From NCBI GenBank assembly GCA_029260435.1, contig JAJDDG010000005.1:1-64000 (forward strand): a stretch of 64,000 bases of DNA, written 5' to 3'. The stretch is from Phycisphaerales bacterium. GTDB taxonomy: Bacteria; Planctomycetota; Phycisphaerae; Phycisphaerales; UBA1924. The notes under the pieces were generated by a model that saw nothing but the letters and a program-made list of their open reading frames with translations, was not told the DNA's origin and ran no database searches. Each line of letters starts with the position of its first letter. Position 1 is the stretch's first letter. This document shows positions 58,138-64,000 of this stretch, piece after piece. A program made the translations under genes and the position numbers.

Positions 58138-59592
58138 GTGGATCATTCGTTGCTTGATCAACTCGCTGAGGTATCGCGGCTGCCGGTCGCTCCGGGGACG
58201 GTGCGCGCGGTTGTTGATTTGTGCGGCGAGGAGGGGTTGTCCGAGATCGAGCTGTGCATGGTGCTCGGGCGTGATCCGGGGATGAGTTTGTGGATGATGT
58301 GTCAGGCGAATTCGGGGATGTTCTGCAAGTGCCAGTCGGTGAGCACGATCGAGGAGGCGGTTGCGTGTATTGGTGCGCGGGCGGCGAAGATCGTGAGCCT
58401 GTCGATGGTGCCGGCGTCTGGCGGGTTTGTTGCGGGCGGTGTTCGCGGGATGGTTGCGGAGGTTTGGGCGCGGGCGCTGCTGCGCGAGCGGGTTGCGCGA
58501 GAGATCGCGGAGCTGATGGGTGAGCGTGGGGTGTGGCCCGAGGCGCGGATGGCGACGTACGGGGTTGACTGCGCGTTGCTTGCGATGTCTGTCGCGGATC
58601 CGGAGCGAGCGAATGGGGTGTGGCAGGAGGAGCAGGGCGGTGGTGGGTGCGGGTCGATGGAGGGGTTGTCGGCGGGGTTGATGGATCGGTGGGGTGTTGG
58701 GGAGATGGTGTGCGAGGCGGTGCGGGCGGGCGACTCGATGGAAGAGAGTGATCAGGGGTTCGGGGTGGTCGGGCGGATTGTTCGCGGCGCGGAGGTTGTC
58801 GTTCGGCACACGATGAGGCGGGGTGCGTGGCGGTGCAGCGAACGTGCGGGGAGCAGGCTGGAACAGATCACGGGGTTGGATCGGGGGGTGCTCGGCGGAT
58901 TGATTCGTGGGAGCGGCGCTGCGTACGAGCAGGATCTGCGTGCGTGGCTCGGCAGCGAGGAGGATGCGGTTCGGGCGAGTGCGGTGGAGACGCTCGCGCG
59001 GCTGTCGATTGCGATCCATGCGGAACATCACAAGGTGGTGCACCAGCGGGACGAGCTGTTGCATCGGGTGACGCTGGATCGGTTGACGGGGGTGTTCAAC
59101 CGCGGGGCGTTTGACGATCGGCTGCTGGAGGAGATGGAGCGTGCGCGGCGAGGCGGTGAACCGCTTGCGCTGCTGATGTGCGATCTCGATGAGTTCAAGC
59201 AGGTCAATGACCGGCACGGGCACCAGGCGGGGGATCATGTGCTCAAGCGTGTGGCGGATGAGATTGTTGAGGCTGCGCGGCGGATTGATGTGGTTGCGCG
59301 GTACGGTGGAGAAGAGTTCATGGTGATCGCGCCGCGGTGTGATTACTCGGGTGCAGCGTTTCTCGCGGAACGGCTTCGCGCCGCGGTGGCGGGGATGGAA
59401 CTTGCATGGCGGGGGGCATCGCTGTGGACGACGATGAGTATTGGTGGGGCGGTATGCACGTGGCCCGGCGCGGTGCTGCAGCCGGAGCAGTTGATCGCGG
59501 CGGCGGATCGGCGGTTGTATGACGCGAAGCGGCATGGGCGGAACTGCGTTCGTATCGAGGGTCCGGATCGGGTGCGGGCGTGGGCGGGGTAG
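58138..59592 (+). CDS. HDOD-domain diguanylate cyclase (GGDEF with an intact GGEEF active site)
   Basis: N-terminal HDOD (RDPGMSLWMMCQANSGMF). C-terminal RLTGVFNRGAFDDRL...RYGGEEF...RRLYDAK. Confidence 0.85.
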   Translation: MDHSLLDQLAEVSRLPVAPGTVRAVVDLCGEEGLSEIELCMVLGRDPGMSLWMMCQANSGMFCKCQSVSTIEEAVACIGARAAKIVSLSMVPASGGFVAGGVRGMVAEVWARALLRERVAREIAELMGERGVWPEARMATYGVDCALLAMSVADPERANGVWQEEQGGGGCGSMEGLSAGLMDRWGVGEMVCEAVRAGDSMEESDQGFGVVGRIVRGAEVVVRHTMRRGAWRCSERAGSRLEQITGLDRGVLGGLIRGSGAAYEQDLRAWLGSEEDAVRASAVETLARLSIAIHAEHHKVVHQRDELLHRVTLDRLTGVFNRGAFDDRLLEEMERARRGGEPLALLMCDLDEFKQVNDRHGHQAGDHVLKRVADEIVEAARRIDVVARYGGEEFMVIAPRCDYSGAAFLAERLRAAVAGMELAWRGASLWTTMSIGGAVCTWPGAVLQPEQLIAAADRRLYDAKRHGRNCVRIEGPDRVRAWAG

Positions 59593-59673
59593 CCTGAGGG
59601 GGTGGTTGGAAGGCGGGGGTGGATCGAGCCGATATTGGGAGTGCGGCGTGGGGCGATGGAGGGAGCGAACGGC

Positions 59674-60246
59674 ATGTCTACGGTTGTTGTTGTGAAGAAG
59701 GGTGATCGGGTGTGCATCGCGGCGGATACGCTGACGACGTGGGGGCACACGCTCGAGCCGAGCGGGTTCGTGGAGAACCACGAGAAGATCGGGCTGTTCG
59801 GGGACAGCTATATCGCGAGTGTCGGGCACGCATCGACGCAGTTGGTGTTGCGGAGCTATTTCTCGCGGTTCGATGAAGAGATATGCCTTGGGTCGGTGGA
59901 TGAGATCTTTGAGACGTTTCGTGTGATGCACAGGGTGTTGAAGGAGGAGTACTTCATGAACCCTGGTGAGGAGCCGGATGACCCGTATGAGGCGACGCGG
60001 TTTAATGTTGTGATCGCGAACACGACGGGGATCTACGGTGTGTTTTCCTTGCGGACGGTGCAGTCGTTCTCGCGGTTCTTCGCGTTTGGCTCCGGCGCGG
60101 AGTACGCGCTGGGAGCGATGAGCGCCATGTATGACACGATGGATGATCCGGAGGCGATCGCGGCGCGTGCGGTCGAGGTGTCGAGTTCGCTCGATGACGG
60201 GACTGGGATGCCCTGCAGTTCGTATGTTGTGGAGCTGGAGGGGTAA
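59674..60246 (+). CDS. HslV/proteasome-beta-like Ntn-hydrolase peptidase (orphan; no hslU nearby)
   Basis: ATG 59674 after GGAGGG. MSTVVVVKKGDRVCIAADTLTTWGHT parallels HslV [25 protein letters not shown]. GSG(A/G) motif near the C-terminus. Confidence 0.65.
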   Translation: MSTVVVVKKGDRVCIAADTLTTWGHTLEPSGFVENHEKIGLFGDSYIASVGHASTQLVLRSYFSRFDEEICLGSVDEIFETFRVMHRVLKEEYFMNPGEEPDDPYEATRFNVVIANTTGIYGVFSLRTVQSFSRFFAFGSGAEYALGAMSAMYDTMDDPEAIAARAVEVSSSLDDGTGMPCSSYVVELEG

Positions 60247-60250
60247 GGGC

Positions 60251-60763
60251 TCAGTCGGCGAGGGGGTCGATCAGTGAGAGCGCGATGGGTTTGCCCTCGG
60301 TGGGCTTGAGGGTGACGGTGCGCGCTTCGGGGTCGATGTTCTGCACGGCGATGCCGGGTTCGATCAGGTCGCCGACCTGGCAGACTATGCCGTTGATAAT
60401 CGCGAAAGTGTTGTCGCCGTTGCCCGAGATGGATGAGACGCGGACATCGGAGACGTCGAACGTGGTTGGGTGATCGATATCCGGCTCGAAGGCAACGGCG
60501 GGGGGTGTGTCGGGGGCGTAATAGAAGGGGGAGTTTTCGAGATCGGTCGTGCTCAGGATGTTGATGTAGTCGATGGCTGCGAGTTGGTCTGGTGTTGCTT
60601 TGGGCGGGGTGTAGACGAGAGCGGCGGTTGGCATGGGATCCTGGAACGCGGCGAGGGGCGCGGGGGCGGCGAGCATGCGGTGGGTGCTCTGGACGATGAG
60701 CACCGGGGCGATGAATGCGGCGGCGCGGATCGCGTTTGCTTTGTTGAATGGTATGGCGTTCAT
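60251..60763 (-). CDS. pilP: PilP-like type IV pilus assembly protein
   Basis: C-terminal 170 aa of the long Ser/Pro ORF. CAT 60761-60763 overlaps the pilO stop (ATGA). N-terminal hydrophobic segment, then a beta-rich domain (VSDVRVSSISGNGDNTFAIINGIVCQVGDLI). Confidence 0.5.
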   Translation of the reverse strand: MNAIPFNKANAIRAAAFIAPVLIVQSTHRMLAAPAPLAAFQDPMPTAALVYTPPKATPDQLAAIDYINILSTTDLENSPFYYAPDTPPAVAFEPDIDHPTTFDVSDVRVSSISGNGDNTFAIINGIVCQVGDLIEPGIAVQNIDPEARTVTLKPTEGKPIALSLIDPLAD

Positions 60764-61335
60764 TGGGTTGGCTCGGCTTGGACGACCTGCTGAGAGGGGA
60801 TCTGGAGGGCGAAGTGTGAGGTCTGGATTGATGCGTGGACCAGTTGGTCGTCTTTGGATTTGATCGGGGCGAAGTTGATGAAATCGATGCGGGCGAAGCC
60901 GCATTCGGAGGTGAGGTCGGCGAGGAAGTTGGTGAGATCGTTGAAATGACCTGTTGCCTCGATGGAGAGCCCGGTGGATGTGGCGGTGTCGCTTGTTGTT
61001 GTAGGGGTTTGCGGTTCCATGCGATCGATCGCGATGGAGCGTGCCCGGGCGAGGCGGGTGACCTGCGAGTGGAGCCTGGCGGGGTCGGTGGCGAGTTCGT
61101 TCTGGAGTTCGTACCAGTCGTGGAGTGCGTTGGCGTTTGTGATCTGGGCGTCCCAGAGGGGGCCTTTGGGCTGGAGCTCGCCGAGTTGTTTGGTGACGGT
61201 CTGTGCGCTGGCGAGCCTGGCGTTTGCGGAGTGGTTGCGCTGCTGGAGAGGCGAGAGGACGAAGAGGGAGACGGCGGCGCATGATGCGGCGATGATCAGT
61301 GTGAAGGCTCCGAGTTGTTTGATGTTTTCGTTCAT
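60760..61335 (-). CDS. pilO: type IV pilus assembly protein PilO
   Basis: MNENIKQLGAFTLIIAASCAAVSLFVL TM helix, then a coiled coil and a C-terminal alpha/beta domain. The ATGA overlap with the pilMN stop places it in the same operon. Confidence 0.7.
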   Translation of the reverse strand: MNENIKQLGAFTLIIAASCAAVSLFVLSPLQQRNHSANARLASAQTVTKQLGELQPKGPLWDAQITNANALHDWYELQNELATDPARLHSQVTRLARARSIAIDRMEPQTPTTTSDTATSTGLSIEATGHFNDLTNFLADLTSECGFARIDFINFAPIKSKDDQLVHASIQTSHFALQIPSQQVVQAEPTQ

Positions 61336-62954
61336 TGGGCGTCTTCCCATGCGGCGGAGAGCGTCGGTGGGTAGGAGACGATGTGGAGTTCGAGTGAGAA
61401 GCGGAGGGCTTCGTTGCGGTCGAGCATGGTTGCCTGTGTTGCGCCGAGTGTGACATCCGAGATGAGGGGCGAGGCTTTGATCGCGTCGATGTAGTGCTCG
61501 ATCTGGGGCGGGTGCGCCGGGTCGTTCTGGAGGGCGTGTCCATCGATGCGGAGGGAGAGTCCTTCGTCGGAACGGGTCGAGGTGATATTGGAGAGTCGGA
61601 TCCACTCTGGGGTGAGTGTGTTGACTTCCTTGAGCACGGCGGGGAAGTCGGCTTGTGGTGAGAGGTGCTCGATGGCTGCTTTGCGGAGCGCGTCGATGCT
61701 GTTGCGGGATGTCTGCGCCTGCTGCTTTTTATGGAGGAGTGATTCGGCGGATGAGGCTTTGTCGGAGATGGCGTTGGCGTCGGCGCTGACATTGTTGGTG
61801 GAGGCGATGGTGAGCCCGGCGTCGATTGAAGTGATGACGGCGGCGAGGATTGAGCCTGCGAGCAGCGCGCTCTTGAAGCGGGATCGCTGGATGCGCGCGA
61901 GGGTTTGCGGTGGTGCGGTGTTGGGTGTTGCTTGCCATGCATGGAGACAGATATCGAGGTCCGCGGCCTGCTCTTTGCTTGCGCCGTGGTGTTCGTCGAG
62001 CGTGATCTCGAGATGTTCGGCGAGGATATGCGCAAGGTTGGGGATCTGTGCGCCCGCGCCGGTGACGCGGAGCACCGCGTTTGCACGCAATTCTGGATCG
62101 ACACCGAAGCGGAAGAGCTGACGGGTTTCGACGACGAACCGCTGGAGGAGCGGCTGGAGGAGTGGGAGGACATCGCGCCCCATGAGGTTTTCGGCGATGG
62201 CGTCCTTCGGCGCGGGGATCCCGTGGTTTGCGAGGATGTCCTGGGCGGCTTGATCGTCGAGGAGTGTTTGGGATGCGTCGTCGCCTGACATGATGGGGCG
62301 GCGCAGCGCGTCGAGGAGGGCGGTTTGCGTGAGCCCGACGCGGCGGGCGAGGAGGATGTGGTTGTCGCGGACGAAGCCGAGGACGGAGCATTCGTCGCCT
62401 ATGTGGATGCATGCGGTCGGGGTCAGGGAGTTGATCTTGGCGAGTTGGTCGAGCATCCATGCGAGTGCGGTGGCATCGACAGGTGTTGCGTGCGAGAGGT
62501 TGAGCCCGGCGCGATCGATCCATGAGGCGACGGTGGTGGAGGTTTGGAGCGTGTCCGCTGCGATGATGGCGTGGGAGCGTTTGTCCTGATGTGCGGGGTC
62601 TTCCCCCCATACGGCGACGCTTTGCTGGGCATTGACGACATCGAAGGGGACCCGATCGAGCATCGCAAGGCGTGCGGCGCTGGCGAATGTGGCACCTTGT
62701 GTGGAGCAGTTGAAAACTTCGGAGAAGGCGGTGGGGGAGTGGTAGGCGACGGTCGTTTGTGCGCCTGCGCAGTCGAGTTGTTTGATGATGCTCTCGAGGG
62801 GCGCATCGGCGGGGGTGAGGGCGCTGTCCCACATCGTGGGTTGGTCGTTTGTCGGGATCGGTTCGGCTGCACGGGATACGGGATGGTCGGAGTCGATGAG
62901 TGCGGCTTCTACCGATCGGGGGGAGAGCAGGATGGCGAGTTGTTTCTTTTTCAT
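61332..62954 (-). CDS. pilMN: fused PilM (actin-like ATPase) and PilN type IV pilus assembly protein
   Basis: N-terminal ~350 aa PilM-like. One TM helix (FKSALLAGSILAAVITSIDAGLTI), then a ~170-aa PilN-like periplasmic part. Confidence 0.7.
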   Translation of the reverse strand: MKKKQLAILLSPRSVEAALIDSDHPVSRAAEPIPTNDQPTMWDSALTPADAPLESIIKQLDCAGAQTTVAYHSPTAFSEVFNCSTQGATFASAARLAMLDRVPFDVVNAQQSVAVWGEDPAHQDKRSHAIIAADTLQTSTTVASWIDRAGLNLSHATPVDATALAWMLDQLAKINSLTPTACIHIGDECSVLGFVRDNHILLARRVGLTQTALLDALRRPIMSGDDASQTLLDDQAAQDILANHGIPAPKDAIAENLMGRDVLPLLQPLLQRFVVETRQLFRFGVDPELRANAVLRVTGAGAQIPNLAHILAEHLEITLDEHHGASKEQAADLDICLHAWQATPNTAPPQTLARIQRSRFKSALLAGSILAAVITSIDAGLTIASTNNVSADANAISDKASSAESLLHKKQQAQTSRNSIDALRKAAIEHLSPQADFPAVLKEVNTLTPEWIRLSNITSTRSDEGLSLRIDGHALQNDPAHPPQIEHYIDAIKASPLISDVTLGATQATMLDRNEALRFSLELHIVSYPPTLSAAWEDAQ

Positions 62955-63043
62955 GATTCACAGCGGCGCACCCCCGGTAGGGGATGATTGCTATTGGATA
63001 TCGTCGGCTTGGATTGGGGCGGGCTTTGGCGGAAGGGGGGGGA

Positions 63044-63571
63044 TCACTCGAAGGAGAGTTGGATTGATCGGACGGCCTGGTCGTATTGCCCGCGGACGTC
63101 TGCCGTGAATGGGGGGGTCGGGGTGGGTGAGCCGTCTGAAGTGGTGATGGAGAGGGTTTCGCCTCCGGGGAGGGAGACGGTGCCGACGGGGAGGTCTCGG
63201 CCCGCGGAGAGTTCGCCGATGACGGTTTCGAGTGCGCTCTCTGCGGCGAAGAAGGCGCGTGTTGTTGCGGCGCGGTGGACGGCGATGCGTGCGTCGTCTG
63301 AGGTGGCGGTGACGGCGCCGACAAAGGCGAGGTTGATCGCGGAGAGGACGAGTATCGCGGCGACGAGGACGGCGGCGCGGGAACGGCGGGGGGTTGGCTT
63401 GCGGCAGTCGGGGCAGGGCGAGCGTTTTTCCTGCCCGTCCTTGACGTGGCGTTCGCTTGCGCAGCGGGTGGTGCGGTCGCGGCGCTCGATCAGCATCCCG
63501 GGGAGTCGGATGGTGCGGGAGGTATCCATGCGGGCGCGGGTTGTATTTGGATCTTTGGTTGGCTTGTTCAT
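63044..63571 (-). CDS. hypothetical membrane protein with CPDC, first gene upstream of pilMN
   Basis: Basic N-terminus, one TM helix (AAVLVAAILVLSAINLAFVGAV). ATGA overlap with the gene above. Confidence 0.45.
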   Translation of the reverse strand: MNKPTKDPNTTRARMDTSRTIRLPGMLIERRDRTTRCASERHVKDGQEKRSPCPDCRKPTPRRSRAAVLVAAILVLSAINLAFVGAVTATSDDARIAVHRAATTRAFFAAESALETVIGELSAGRDLPVGTVSLPGGETLSITTSDGSPTPTPPFTADVRGQYDQAVRSIQLSFE

Positions 63572-63951
63572 GATGCGAGGTGCTCGCGGAGGAATGCGCT
63601 GGCGCGGAGTTCGATATCGCCGGATCGGATGCGGATATCGATTTTGTATGTGTCTGTGAGGGCGTCGCCGCCTGAGAAGTTGAGGGGCTGGGCGTCTTCA
63701 CCGATGTAATTAAGTTCGAAGGTGCTGACGTCTGAGCAGAGGACGGCGGGGGCGGTGGCGGGGAGGGTGAGGATGAGGTTGGTGCCGGTGAGTTCGATAG
63801 TTGTGCCGTCGCCGATGGCGAAGCGGGTTGCTTGCGCGGCGGTGACGTCCGGGGTGCCTTCGGCGCCGGAGACTTCCGGAGTTTCGCGGATGACGCGGAC
63901 GATGCGGTCGAGGGCGATGGAGACACTCTCGGCGGCGGTGCGGTGTTCCAT
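63568..63951 (-). CDS. hypothetical protein, second gene upstream of pilMN
   Basis: 127-aa ORF translationally coupled to the 63044 gene. Confidence 0.4.
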   Translation of the reverse strand: MEHRTAAESVSIALDRIVRVIRETPEVSGAEGTPDVTAAQATRFAIGDGTTIELTGTNLILTLPATAPAVLCSDVSTFELNYIGEDAQPLNFSGGDALTDTYKIDIRIRSGDIELRASAFLREHLAS

Positions 63952-64000
63952 GGATTGGGTGTAGGTATTGGAGACGGCGAGGAGGATGGGCGAAGCGACG

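Noticed and set aside
60251-62173. 640-aa Ser/Pro/Thr-rich ORF on the minus strand
   Set aside because: Only the C-terminal 170 aa (PilP-like) is credible. The rest is an alternative frame across pilO and pilMN, with extreme S/P/R composition typical of off-frame translation of high-GC DNA.

Overview
This is a high-GC (~65%) bacterial chromosomal window, densely packed with about 60 protein-coding genes, most of them housekeeping. Planctomycetota is the likely source, judging from two DUF1559/prepilin-like paralogs, a Ser/Thr kinase with a GspE-N-like domain, and unusually abundant intergenic palindromes. I saw no rRNA, tRNA or CRISPR array. Confident calls include acpS, gap, transaldolase, miaB, bioB, dacB-like PBP4, uvrA, uvrB, gcvH, cmk, plsC, ileS, aroK, ispG, murQ, anmK, a GH20 hexosaminidase, an ABC exporter pair, a Fur regulator and an HDOD-GGDEF diguanylate cyclase. 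The structure not explained by ordinary gene content is: (i) at least four families of REP-like intergenic palindromes sharing a GTGCCAC head; (ii) four copies of a ~230-bp multi-hairpin element with compensatory substitutions, two of which bracket a diverged tandem duplication of the 3' half of a zinc-ribbon membrane-protein gene; (iii) four paralogous CxxC...C(P/L)(E/R)CG zinc-ribbon proteins; (iv) a pilMN-pilO-pilP operon with fused PilM-PilN, two unknown upstream genes and no pilQ, convergent with an orphan HslV-like peptidase and the diguanylate cyclase, with two PilZ receptors elsewhere; (v) UvrA with a lysine-rich H1-like N-terminal tail inside a uvrB-methyltransferase-uvrA block; (vi) a GH20-anmK-murQ MurNAc-recycling operon; and (vii) a promoter-plus-terminator candidate sRNA. 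I did not recognise a canonical defence island or mobile element.
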